The notes beneath the pieces are model-generated. The model searched no databases and was not told the origin of the DNA. It was given only the letters and a program-made list of their open reading frames with translations. DNA of 44,987 nt, the filler included, from Jimgerdemannia flammicorona (lineage: Eukaryota): assembly GCA_003990765.1 (NCBI GenBank). It is 2 parts of 2 records of this genome, joined end to end, with 100 filler letters (N's around TTAATTAATTAA, not from the genome) between each part and the next. Parts side by side here need not be neighbours in the genome. Positions count along the whole stretch, not along the records: positions 22,545 to 44,987 come from RBNJ01001281.1; 1 more part is not named here. The stretch is one strand, 5' to 3'. Position numbers and translations under genes: made by a program. Positions 26,001-37,845 of the stretch are shown here, piece by piece; position 1 is the stretch's first letter; each line of letters opens with the position of its first letter.

Positions 26001-27576
26001 CTACTGTGGGTAACTGTTGGATGAGGTTGAAGGAGGCTACAAGAGTATATTGAGGAGGAGCTAGTAAGGAGGCTGGGAGACAAAGAAGAAAGTGAGTGAG
26101 GTATTCTTCTAATAGGCTGATTAAATTGCAGATAGTATGGACTAATTTGCTTTCTTCTAAAGGGGTGGAGAATTGGAGGTTGGAGAGGGCAAAATTAGAG
26201 ATAGTAGAGTTTCAACAGATATTAAGAGAAGAGGAAGAAATTTATTTGAAAATAATGGCTGCCAGACTATAGTGGCAGAGACTTGAGGAGAATAAGTGTC
26301 CTATGAGGTACTTGTCTAGGCTTCTTCAAACTAAGAGGATGTGATATCATTGGGATGGGGTCTTGAATGCTGAGGGAGAAATAGTGCATAGTATGCAACA
26401 GATCTTGGGGGTACTGAAGGAGAGATGGAGGGGTCTATGGAGTGAGGAGGAAGAGAGAGTGAATGAAGAGGCAATTGGTGACACATTGGAGGAGTGGGAT
26501 CTGCCACAAGTGGAGGGACTTGGTGACTTGATGGAATCAGTCCAAAAGGAGAAGATCTAGAGAGTACTTGTGGCAGCCAAGATTGAGACTGTATCAGGTA
26601 AAGATGGGTTGCCTTGGGACTTCTGGAAGAAGATGGCAAAGGTCCCTAGAGTGTTGGGAGAGATGGCTGCTCTCTGTGACTATGTTCTTCTGAATGGAAA
26701 GTGAGTGGGCAAGCAGGACTTAGGGCTGGTGGCCTTATTGTATAAAGATAAGGAGAGGAGGGAGAATTGGAAGAATTGGAGGCCAATCATGCTTCTGAAT
26801 ATAGACAGGAAGATGGTGACTAAGGTAATTATTGTAAGACTATAGAAGGTTACCCAACAGGTGCTGGGGGAGGAACAGTGGGGCTTTGTTAGAGACAGAC
26901 TTATTAGAGATAGGACTGCCTGGTTCATGGTATTATTGAAGGAGTGAGAGCTTGTGAATTGGATGGGAGACTGGTCTTTTTGGACCAGAAGAAGGCCTAT
27001 GACTATATTAGACAGGTGTAGCTAGGTAAGATACTAAATAGAATTAGTGTTCCCTTATGATTTCAAGTATCTATGTTGAATCTGTTGGAGGGTAGTAGGG
27101 CAGTACTGATGTGTAATGGTCACCAGAGTCTGGTGTTTCCCTTGGGGAGAGGAGTTCCTCAGAGAGACTCATTGTCTCTTATCCTATATGTTCTTTCATT
27201 GGAACCTTTGATAGATAGGATATGGTGGAAAGTGGTAGAGCTCTCGGTATATGGTGTGGTGTAGAAGATGGGGGCCTTCATGGATAATATGATAGTTGGT
27301 CTTGGCTCAGTAGCAGATGTGGAGGTACTTCAGGAGACAGTGAATTGGTATGAGACACATTCTGGGGCAAAACTCAACTAGCATAAGTGTGAGACAATAG
27401 TGCTGGGGAATGGTTTAGTGGGAGGTGATATCATTGGAACAATTATCCCTACAGGAGAGATGGTGAGATATCTGGACATCTTCTCTCAGTATATGGTTCT
27501 GTCTTACCACAGGTGTGGTGGGAGAGGAGGGTGGCCATTTGGAAGGAGGCCCTGAGAGGTTGAAGAGATTACCACA
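23021..27576 (+). mobile_element. LINE copy 4 (5' end present, interrupted after RT by the hAT element)
   Basis: 5' UTR matches copy 1. ORF1 ~23150-25140; APE start IFSLNV ~25188; ILGDDFN; RT GRGVPQRDSLS (27073..27264). Homology stops at 27576. Confidence 0.92.
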
Positions 27577-27689
27577 TAGTACTCTAAATGAGTCAATTCA
27601 AATCAAATCTGAATTCGATTCATCACATAATAGTTTGATCCAAATCTCAAATTCAAAGCCATCTGAATCAACTCAGATTAATCTGAATT

Positions 27690-27915
27690 ACCTCATCTAA
27701 ATCACCCCATCTGAATCACCTATCTGAACTACTTCAATCCAAATTACTCAATCTAAATCACTCAATCCAAATTACTCAATCTGAATCACTTAATCTGAAT
27801 TACTCAATCTGAATCCTCCAATTTGAATTCTCCAATTCAAATCCTCTAATTCGAATCCTTCAATCTGAATCCTTATTTGAATCCTTCAACTGAATCCTCC
27901 AATCCAAATCCTCCA
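27690..27915 (+). repeat. 14-bp subterminal tandem array (approx. consensus CAATCCGAATCCTC)
   Basis: About 15 or more units such as caatccaaattact, caatctgaatcact, caatctgaatcctc, taattcgaatcctt; typical of hAT transposase-binding arrays. Confidence 0.85.
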
Positions 27916-27964
27916 TATGACTCATATGTCGGATGTATCTACAACATAATACACACACACATAT

Positions 27965-28269
27965 TGTAACATAGTGGACACTTACTCTTGAAAGTATGTC
28001 GGGTTTCTGTATCTTGAAAACTTGACTGTTCTGACTCTTGCAGAGTCTCTTGAAGTTGCAGAGGAGGGTGGGTGAGTTCGAAGTGTATCTGCCCGCAGGC
28101 TTACTAGTTCCTTTGCTATCTCTTTGCTTTGAACTATTTCGATCTGAGGTTTATTCACTCGAAGATACTGGGTTATTTATACAAGTTTGCTAGCTATGAG
28201 GGGGTGGCTAAGTAATAAATGAGTCATTTGGACTTTATCGAAACATTTGGACAATGTCTAAATGCTATA
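27965..28269 (-). repeat. 3' LTR of element A (partial, 305 bp)
   Basis: Matches 33466-33770 with 6 substitutions by hand count, then abuts integrase coding sequence. Confidence 0.95.
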
Positions 28270-31200
28270 GTCCCTTTTATATTTTGCACAAGGTAAGGTT
28301 CTTCCCACTTGGGCTCCAGTTTTCGTGACCATGAAGCTTCAACCATATTCCGATACACCAGGACTTTTTTTCCTATCTTGATGATCTCCAAGGGCTTGTG
28401 GGTCTTTTCCACATTCCTCTGTTGTAGTGTCTGCACCTTCGTTATGTAATCCTCAGCCTTCTTCCTGATTTGGTGTAGTCTCCGTATTTCCATGTCCACA
28501 TGTTTCCATACAGCATCTCCATTGGATGATAGGGTTCCTTGAGAATATTCTTCCCCAAACAGCATTTCTCGAGGGGTAAAGTGGGTGCTTTGTGATCGGA
28601 TATCCTGGAGAGCAGATAATGCTATTGGCAGATAGTGATCCCAGTTCTTGTAGTTATCACAGATCTTGGCGATAACATTCTTGAGGGTTTTGTTGGTCCT
28701 TTCTACTTGTCCATTTCCTTGAGGGTGATAGGCTGTGGTCCAAATGTGCTGGATCTTGTACTTCTTGTAGAGAACTTCGAAGAACTGGTTCACGAATTCG
28801 GTTCCTCTGTCGGTGGTTACTTGTGTTGGGGTCTTGAACCAGCAGATGATTTCCTTGTGAAAGAAATCGGCGATTGACTGTGCATTGGCTTCCTTGAGGG
28901 GTCCTGCTTCTATCCATTTCGTAAAAAGGTCTACAATGACAATGATGTATCAGTTGCCAGTCAGAGTCAAGGGTAGGGGGCCGATTACATCCATTGCAAT
29001 GTGGGTGAATGGTACTGGTTCTATGTGTGCTGATCCTGGGGCTTGATTTCATTGGTCTTGTTTCTGTTTCTAGCATTTGTCACAGGTCTTGATGAATTGT
29101 CTGATATCTTCCTCTATCCCTGGCCACCATATTGTTCTCCTTGCCTTGTCGTATGTATTTGTTCCTCCTAGATGGCCAAGTTTGTGTACTGATTTCATCG
29201 CTTGCTCCTTCTTGTGTTCTGGTATGACTAGTAGTTTTCCTTTCTTCAGTGTTTCTCCATCAGTTTCAAATTGTTTCCATGTTCTGTTGATAATCATTTG
29301 TGTCCATTCTTCCAGATGTTGGGGCATCTTTCGCTGTCCCAGGTATGTGATGATTCCGTAGTAGAGCTCCTTATTCATGATTGATTTGTTGGTTGAAGGT
29401 AGTTCGAGATGTCTGTGAGAGAGCATCTGCATTGGAATTTGTTCTTCCAGGGCAGTGCACAATGGTTACATCATAGGCTTGTAACTTCATTATCCATCTA
29501 GCATAGATTCTCTTGAGTTGTCCGGTTGTCAGTAGCCAGGTGAGAGCTGAGTGGTCCGTCTGGATGGTGAAGTGTCTTCCAGCCAGATAGTAGTGGAACT
29601 TTTCCACAGCCCAGATGACTGCAAGGCATTCCAACTTGTAGGACTCGTATTCTTTTTCAGCTCCTCAGGTTCCACGGCTAAGATATGCAATGACATATTC
29701 TTTTCTGTCTTCTTTTTGAGCCAGGACAGCTCCTAGTCCTTGTGCGCTTGCATCCATCTGAAGGATAAATTCTTGGGTCCAATTGGGTCATCTGAAGATG
29801 GGTGCCTGAGTTAGTCTGACCTTGAGTTCGTCAAATGCTTTTTGTTGTCTGCCAGTCTACTGAAACTTGGTATCCTTTTTGTTGAGTTCGTAGATTGGGC
29901 CTGCGATGTTGGAGAATCCTCTAATGAATCTGCGATAGTAGGAGGTGAGTCCCATGAAGGCTTGGGCTTCTGTGACGGTAGTGGGCCTTGGGTATGCTGC
30001 TACTGCTTGTATCTTGAGGGGGTCTATGTGTGTTCCATCTCGATTGATGATATGGCCAAGATAGGAGATCTCGATTTCCGCAAACTTGCACTTCTTCGGT
30101 TTGATATAAAGGCCGTGTTGTCTTAGTCTCTCCATTATCTGCTGTATGTGTTGCAGATGTTCCTCGGCCGTCTTGCTGTAGATGATTACATCATCAACAT
30201 AGACCATCATCCATCTTCCCATGTCATAGTGGAAGATTTTGTTCATCATTCACTGAAAGCTTGCTGGTGCATTGCACATTCCGAATGGCATTCGTAGATA
30301 GATGTAGGTTCCGTCTGGGGTGATGAAGGCTGACTTTTCACTTGCCACTTCTGTGAGTCCGATTTGGTGGAATCCTGAGTATAAGTCCAAGGTGCTATAG
30401 TACTGCGCTTCATCTCCCAATGTTATAAGAATATCGCTGATGAGCAGCAGTGGTTGGCGATCCTTCTTGGTGACTGCATTGAGCTTTCTGTAGTCGACAC
30501 AGAGTCTTGGGGCAAATTCTCTAGGTTTGCTTCCTTTTTTCGGGGCTAGTACAACTGGTAAAGACCAGGGGCTGCTGGCTTCTTTGATGATACCGGCTTC
30601 TTCCATTTGCTTGATTTCTTCTCTGAGCCATTCTCGGTAGGCTGGCGGGACAGGTCTTGCCTTCTGGTAAATTGGTTCGGTGTCCCCAGTATCTACCTCA
30701 TAATAGTAGTATGGGGTCTTTCCTTTAATATCCTTGAAATCGGTGGCAAGGACATCCTCGAATTTGTGGAGTATTTTCTTGAGTTCCTCCTTGAGTGGGA
30801 ATTCGTCTCCAATGGTGTAACTGTGCTTGCTCATGTTTTCCTCCTTCTTATGCTCGAGTTCAGTGATCTTGGTGCTAGCGAATACTCCTCTTCCTGTGGA
30901 TCCGAATCCTTTCTTTCCTCTTTTCGTTTCCTCCAGATTCTTGACTTCTATGATCCTTGGCTGTATGATTGGGAAGATCAACATCTGTGCTAATTGGTCC
31001 TTCTTCTTGACTGGGAATGGAATTGTAGGATTGTGGTTCCTAGCAATGAGTAGAATTTCTCCAGTATAGTCTGAATCAATGACTCTTCCTTCAATTGTGA
31101 TTTCGCTTCTAGCCAGGCTGCTTCTTGTCTTAAGAATCCCAACATGATCCTTTGGGATGGTCATCTCCAGTCCAGTTGCAAGTAGGGTGGTTGTCTGGGG

Positions 31201-33351
31201 TTCGAGTACAGTTTCTTCTACTGTAGCGATGTCTATTCCAGCTGTATTTTCTGACTTGTATTCTGGTAGGACTGCATCAGGGTGGATCTTTCGAATCTTG
31301 ACCTTGATTTCTTCTTCATCATCACTGTCCTCCAGGAGGGCTGGTGGTTCATCATCTTCCTCCTTCTCTTCTTCCATGGTCTGTTTTTCGAGAGCTTTCT
31401 GGCTTCTTTTCTGGTAGATCCGATGGTGTACTGGTAGCAATCATTGATATGCTCCATACAGTACATCTTGATTCCATGAGGACAGACTCCTTGTGGAGCA
31501 TAGCCTTCTGCGATCTTCTTGCACCATTCTTCTTCACTCATCCATCTGACTTTCTTCTTCCTTGGGGTAGTCACCATATAAGCTTCCTCTTGCTCGCTTT
31601 CTTCTTCCTCCATATTGGGCAGGACTCCTTTGTTGATATTGATGGGAATTCATATCTTCTGTCCCCGGTAGGTGATTTGCATCTTCTGGGCATTGAGATC
31701 GATTACCGCCTTGGCTTTGTGAAGCCATTGATTGCCAATGAGGATGTCATAGTTAGTGGCATTGGTTACAATTACATCTACTGAGATTGTTGCTCCTCCG
31801 ATCTTGATGGGAATATCTCGGATCTTTCCCAGAGGTGTGGCTCTTGTGCCATCGGCTGTGAAATACTAGCTTGGTTGCTTCTTCCACATCCCAACCTAGG
31901 CAGTCTGCTGCTTTCTTACTGAGGAGACATCCTCCTGCTCCTGTATCAATGATGGCCTCAAAGACTCAATCCTCGATTTGACATATTGCATAAGCGGAGG
32001 TTTTGCGATTGTCCTCACTTTCTTCTCCTGAGTCCTCTTGAATGTTATTGGCCTCGGTTATCTTCCATCCTTGTTCCTTGGTTGTTTCAGCAAGTCCAAA
32101 CCTCATTTGCTGTCTGAATGTTGGGATTTCTGCGAGCTGACCAAAGGTTGCATTGACCTTTTGTTGACTGAGATTCTTGAAGATATCATACTTGAAGGTC
32201 TTGGTCTTGCGAAGCTTTTTTTCTTTTTCTCCTTCACTGGCTGGAGTGGTTCCTCGGATGATATCTTGAACTACTTGCTCCAGCTCGATATCCTGATCCA
32301 TCTCTTCAGCTTGACTTTCTGTGGCAGTTTTCATCTGCTTTTCCACTGGGTTCTTCTTGGGTCTTCCTGGCAGTCTCTTGTAGGGTTCTTTGTAAACATC
32401 CTTCTTAGTGGTCTGAGCAGGATAGGCCTCCCATTCCTCTTCATCAGAATCTCTGATCTCCTTGAAGGTAATTATATTGGCCTGCTCCTTATTTCGTGTG
32501 ACATTGCTTGGTTGAGCCTTGCGCTTGGTTTCGCTCATGCATTCATAGGAGTAGTGGCCTTCTTCTCCACAGCTGTAGCAGGTACCTTTCTTCTTGTCTG
32601 AGGTGGCAGCAAACTTCTGAATAGGATGGCGATCTCTTCCTTGGATTTCCTTTACCACATCTCCCAGGTGGGCAGTCATTTCAGCAAACCTTTTGGTGAG
32701 TTCGTCCAGAGGGTCACTGTTCTTCTGCTGCTCAGTAGCTTTTGGCTGAGGTGTGTTTCGATTGATCATTGTGGTGGGGATCACACTGGTTGCCTTGGGT
32801 GCCTCGATTCTGACTCCTGTAACTCTCTCCATTGTATGGTCTTGTGGGTGTCTGGCTATCCAGTATCGCTGGGCATAGGTGACCCTTTGTGGCAGATCCA
32901 GAATCACTGGTGATGAGCAGATGGCCATGGCTATTTCTGGATGGACTCCTTTCATAAAGGTTGCTTTGGCTACTTGATCTTGGGTAGCAGCAGCATAATC
33001 TGCAAGAATTATCTGATATCGAATTCTGGTATAGAATGTGTTTGGATCCTCGCTCATTCCTTGACATGTTGTATTGAGCTGATCCTTCAGAGCTTGCTTG
33101 ATCTCATCTGTGTAGTATGTATTTCGGAGCCAGGTCTTCTGTGCCATCAGTATAGCATCGGCATCATTTCCTGCATGGGTTGCAGCTGTGAATGCTGCTC
33201 TGGCAGGGCCTTGTAGGCTGAAGGGCATGAGGGCTACTTGCTGTGCTGCTGTCAGGGTCCTTACAGCGGCATACTACTCGAAATCATCAATGAAGGTGAT
33301 GATTGATTCATCTGAGGTATATCCATGGAATACTGGTGGTCTCATATCCAT
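28270..33351 (-). pseudogene. gag-pol polyprotein of element A (several stops and frameshifts)
   Basis: Start MDMRPPVFHG; zinc knuckle CYSCGEEGHYSYEC; protease AIIDTGAGG (~31935-31957); RT PWSLPVVL, LCVDYRKLN, MPFG, YVDD; RNase H ECLAVIWAV, TDHSAL, NADALS; integrase H-H-C-C zinc finger, TTAYHPQGNGQVERTN, KLEPKWEEPY. Confidence 0.96.
30893..31308 (-). CDS. dUTPase domain of element A, between protease and RT (open frame, fused to RT)
   Basis: AGIDI, TRSSLA, VIDSDYTGEI, DQLAQ, RGKKGFGSTG in ORF 30250..31440. Confidence 0.96.
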
Positions 33352-33444
33352 CTTGTCTGGGTATTGGGGCTTGGTTTGTATAGTTGTTCAGATAGTGGCG
33401 GTTGTTCGTTGTTCAGCTTGAAAGTGAGGGATTCGTCTTGAATC

Positions 33445-33462
33445 ACCAGCCAATGGGCACCA
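33445..33462 (-). promoter_or_regulatory. primer-binding site of element A
   Basis: LTR end TGTTACA-ACT-TGGTGCCCATTGGCTGGT, identical to element D; primer tRNA not assigned. Confidence 0.85.
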
Positions 33463-33465
33463 AGT

Positions 33466-34125
33466 TGTAACATAGCGGACACTTACTCTTGAAAGTACAT
33501 TGGGTTTCTGTATCTTGAAAACTTGACTGTTCTGACTCTCGCAGAGTCTCTTGAAGTTGCAGGGGAGGGTGGGTGAGTTCGAAGTGTATCTGCCCGCAGG
33601 CTTACTAGTTCCTTTGCTATCTCTTTGCTTTGAACTATTTCGATCTGAGGTTTATTCACTCGAAGATACTGGGTTATTTATACAAGTTTGCTAGCTATGA
33701 GGGGGTGGCTAAGTAATAAATGAGTCATTTGGACTTTATCGAAACATTTGGACAATGTCTAAATGCTATACTAAATCGGGGTATCCGATTTGGATAATGA
33801 GTTCCAATATACATATACAGACATCTAATATAAGCTCTTTCAGGGTTAAACTGATTGCCCTACACTATACAGTAAATTTGTCTTATCATTATAAGAATGA
33901 TCGGACTGATATAACCAGTTTGCACAGCTTGGAAATTATACTCAGGGCCCCTTCTCTCTCAGATGTTTTGTTTACATACAATGTCTAAAATTTAGATAAT
34001 GTCTAAGAAATTAGACAATGTCGAAATTGAGGACTGCTAACTATAATGCTATACTACTTTGGGAATGGGTGCGATCAAGTGTCTATTCCCTATTTCCTTC
34101 TTCCAAATCTGGCTATACTGTCACA
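33466..34125 (-). repeat. 5' LTR of element A (660 bp)
   Basis: TGTAACA...TGTCACA termini; minus-strand TATAAATA (~33675-33682) and AATAAA (~33651-33656); GACAATGTC-type short repeats in U3. Confidence 0.93.
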
Positions 34126-34179
34126 ATATATACAATATACATATGCATATACATATATATATAAACATGCAAACATATA

Positions 34180-36778
34180 TATCAACAGATTAGTCTTCAA
34201 TAGTTCACAGTACTGATAATGCTTCAAGTCAAACATCTCTGATAGTTCCACACCTTCCATGCAATCCTTGCTCTGAAATCTGGTAATATTGTGCTAAGAT
34301 AAGAGATGATATTGTTTATAATTATTGGAGGTAAAAAATTAAGATGCACCTATTGACACTTTTTGTTTATTTTGACATACACATGATATTGTTTCATCCA
34401 CCTCCATAAACTGTACTAGCTAGAAGTTCAAAATGCTTGGAGGTATGACTTCAAACATGAATTGATATATAAAAGACAAGTACTCTGACAGAATCAAAAA
34501 GAACATGAAGACAAATAAAATTGACATCCAAGCTGTAGTGAGTATGTTTATCTGATTGCCTGACCATTTCTATACCAATAATGCTATTTAATCAAAAATA
34601 TTTAGCCATACTCTTCAGTAGAATTTCGAAATTAGCTCATTCACTGGATTGTGTACACAGACCAGCCATTTACAACCATCGAGAGTGATCAATTATATAG
34701 CATCTTTGGCCTCCTCAAGTATGATTTATATTTGCCAAGTACCAATACTATTCACAAAGATGTCCTGGAGGCCTATAGGAAGGAGCATGACAATCTTCAC
34801 CAGACACTTCAGATAAAATAAGGGTGGTACCATAACCTTTGCAAGCTGAATTATATAAAAGAGCTCACCAATTTAACCTCACATTCAATAAGCAGAATTT
34901 GGCAGGCAAAATTTCATTTACAATCGACACATGGACATCCTCCAATGCAATTTCATTTCTGGGCATTACTGGTCATTAGATTGACCTCAATTGGTAGCTT
35001 AAATCTCTCACCCTTGACTTCATCAAACTTACTGGCTCTCATTCTAGAGACAACATTACAGATACTTTTATTAGTTATATCCAGAAGCTTGGGATCACAA
35101 CTAAGGTAAAAAAAGGGGGGCTTACCATCAGGTTGGCATTTTGAGAGAGGTCCTAAACCAAATCAGATTTTATTAGTTATTTATTTTCACATACATTTGC
35201 CAACCAAATATTTCAAGTATAGATTTTGGCCATTATGATGGACAATGCCACAAATAACTCAACATTTTTCAAAGTTTTAGTGGCCAGCCTCAAACAGGAA
35301 AACATGGCCTTCAGTGTAGAAAGCTGCCATATATGATATCAGGCCCACATACTGAACCTCACTATTCAGGACTATCTTATATACATAGACAAAACATCCA
35401 AGAGAGGAGGGGCCCTGAGTATAATTTCCAAGCTGCACAACCTGGTTGTATTGGTCTAATTGTCCCCACAATGATAAGACAAATTTGCTGTATAGTATAG
35501 GGTAATCAGTTTAGCTTCAAAAGAGCTTATATTGGATATCTGTACACATTGGAACTCAACATTTGCAATGATCCAGTGCACACTGGAGTTTGCTATAGTA
35601 TGTGTCTTTTTTTCTTCAGTCAGCTGAAGCAACTTGTTTCAGATAATTGAAGATTTATTTTTAAAAAAAAAAAAAAACAAAAAAAGCCAATAGATTCAAC
35701 AGTGGCTGCCAACAAGGAAATATAGACAGAAGCTCTAAGTGAAAGCAAGTGGGACATATTTAAGAATATTATCAGAGTTTTGGAAGTAAGTGGTGATTGC
35801 TCTGGCTCTACCCTCATTTTGTCAGCCTCTGTACTCATTTTGTCTGCCTCTGCATAATGCAACACCTCACCATATATAACTGCCAGTGTTTTGGCAATTG
35901 TATGAAGAATATAGTCAAACAAATGACCCTGACAATAAGCTCAGCAATATCAGTATATAACCTTCTGATTGATCGGCTAGAGGACAAGCTCGAGGACAGG
36001 CTAGAGGGTTGCAGTGATTTACAGTTGAGCCTAGATCAGAGAGATGTCATGGAGGTTGCTCTTAGCAAGCTCAGAAAATACTACTCCCAAACAGATACCA
36101 CTGTATACTCAATCAGTACAGGTATGTTGATATCAGTGTGTGCCCCTTTCAAAACAGAGAATCCCCCACAAAAACTCACTCTCTCTTCTTCTTCGAACAG
36201 TGCTGAACCCATACTTAAAGCTACAATACCATAAAGATTAGGGCTGGGAGCACTACTTCATTAAGAGGACTAAACAGGCCATAATCGAAGTGTACCAGAA
36301 AAACTATGCACCACCACAAGGTTCTGGCCAAAGTCCAGACAAATATACCAAGAGATCCCTCCTATTCCACATTTACTTCAGCAGAAAGAAGAAGAGGGAG
36401 CCGTCAGTGAAAGAGCTGCTATCAATAGATAAACTTACCATTTATCTTGTCAGCAACTACATGATCCTGCTGGAGGGTGCAGAGATACTCAACTGGTAGA
36501 AGGTGGATTATCAGGTAGGCATTGGGCCAATTTAATCCACCAATCTAACCACTACTCTACCCACCACTCTATCCACCAGAGCATGCAGCTGTGTCAAAAG
36601 ACTTCCCTAGCCTGTATAGCATGGCTTGGGATTACCTGGTGATTCCTGCCTCCAGTGCTCTCATTGAGCAGTATTCTCAGGTGGAGTGGACCTCATTGCT
36701 CCAAAGAGGTGTACACTGAATACTGAGATGATCTGGATGTATATGTATCTGAAGTCTTAGTGGAGTTCAGGCTGCTAA
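34180..36778 (+). pseudogene. hAT transposase, intron-containing, inactivated
   Basis: BED-finger remnants (SEIW.Y; GG.TSNM), WIV..DQPFTTIE, ISFTIDTWTS, MDNATNN, AHILNL, DICTHWNST, KLRKYY, NW*K, FPSLYSMAWDYLVIPASSA..E dimerisation region; GT..AG introns between blocks. Confidence 0.95.
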
Positions 36779-36884
36779 AATTTGGTGGGTCCTGGGGATT
36801 TACAAATAAGTTAGTTGGCTATTGTGAAATATTTAATATTTTTCAAAAATAATAAAAAGATAAAAAACTCTGAGGACTTGGTCC

Positions 36885-37490
36885 AGAGTTTGCAGCCCAA
36901 GTGGGCAGCAGTTGGCAGGGTTGGCAGTAGCAGTAGAGGGAGCACACAATGTTTGCAGCCCTCCACTAGCAGCAAGGAGCAGCCCCAAGCTATCAGTGCC
37001 CAGATTGGTAGGTGGGTTGACAGAGAGAGTGCACAAAATTTGTAGCCCTCCACCAGTAGCAAGAGGTAGTCCCAAGCCACAAGTGTCCTGGTCAGGGGAG
37101 TTGGCAGAGGGAGTGTACAAAACTTGCGGCCCTCTACTAGTAGCGAGGGGCAGCCCCAAGCTATCAGTGCTCAGGTCAGTGGGTGGGGTCAGTCGGCAGA
37201 GTTGGTGGGCATGGGATTGGTGGAGGGAGTATGCAAAATTTGCAGTCCTCCACTGGGAGCAAGAGGCAGTCCCAAGCTGTCAGCACCTGGGTCAGTGGGT
37301 GGAGTCAGTCAGTGGGGTTGGTGGGCACAGGGTCAGTGAGGGAGCATACAAAATTTGCAGCCCTCTGCTGGCAGCAAGGGGCAGCCCTAAGCTGCAAGTA
37401 TCTGGGATGGGCAGGGCAGGTAGAGAGAGTATACAAAATTTGCAGCCCTCTGTCAGCAGCATAGAGGCAGTCCCAAGCTGCCCAGGAGTT
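36885..37490 (+). repeat. minisatellite with ~85 and ~115 bp units
   Basis: Core AAAATTTGCAGCCCTC...GCAAG.GGCAG.CCCAAGC recurs near 36948, 37035, 37118, 37235, 37350 and 37435. Confidence 0.88.
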
Positions 37491-37492
37491 TG

Positions 37493-37845
37493 GGCAGAGG
37501 GTACTTCTAGTGGTCAGAGGGTACTTTTGGCAGTCAGAGGATACTTCTGGCAGTCGGAGGGCATTTCCAGTGGTTGAAGTCCACCATAGATTCAGGCCCC
37601 ATCGCCAGTTTGGGTCCCATGGACACCCTGGCTCTGTGCCACAGTACCACACTGGTGGCACTGCAGAGCAGGGCCAAGAGGCCAGTAGGATCCTGTATAA
37701 TAGCTAAGCTAGTGCTACAGAAGAGGTACCTGGCCCAACCCCCTACATAAGACTGCCCAACCTATACAAAATAACTGCCTAACCCTCATGAAAGACTGCC
37801 TATCCCTTGTGAAAGATTGTCTAACCCTCACAAAAACTGCTCCAC
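37493..37845 (+). repeat. two short tandem arrays (20-bp CAGAGGGTACTTCTGG-type; ~21-bp AAGACTGCCTAACCCT-type)
   Basis: 3-4 units at ~37495-37565 and about 5 units at ~37735-37845. Confidence 0.75.

Larger units (their letters stand above)
27965..34125 (-). mobile_element. Ty3/Gypsy LTR retrotransposon A with dUTPase (relatively young, defective)
   Basis: TG...CA termini, ATAT on both flanks (4-bp TSD, weak because the site is AT-repeat rich), two LTR copies, PBS, gag-PR-dUTPase-RT-RH-IN. Confidence 0.96.

Noticed and set aside
27690..27915. Regular short repeats (also 36885-37845 and 41128-41255) as a CRISPR-like array
   Set aside because: Units are adjacent and degenerate with no unique spacers, no cas genes are present, and the context is eukaryotic TE DNA.
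36244..36255. CTGGGAGCACTA resembling a right hAT TIR
   Set aside because: It lies inside transposase coding sequence (GWEHY) upstream of the dimerisation domain, with no subterminal array or TSD.
36811..37707. Overlapping ORFs up to 221 aa on both strands
   Set aside because: They are translations of the minisatellite, open in several frames, with no domain signal.
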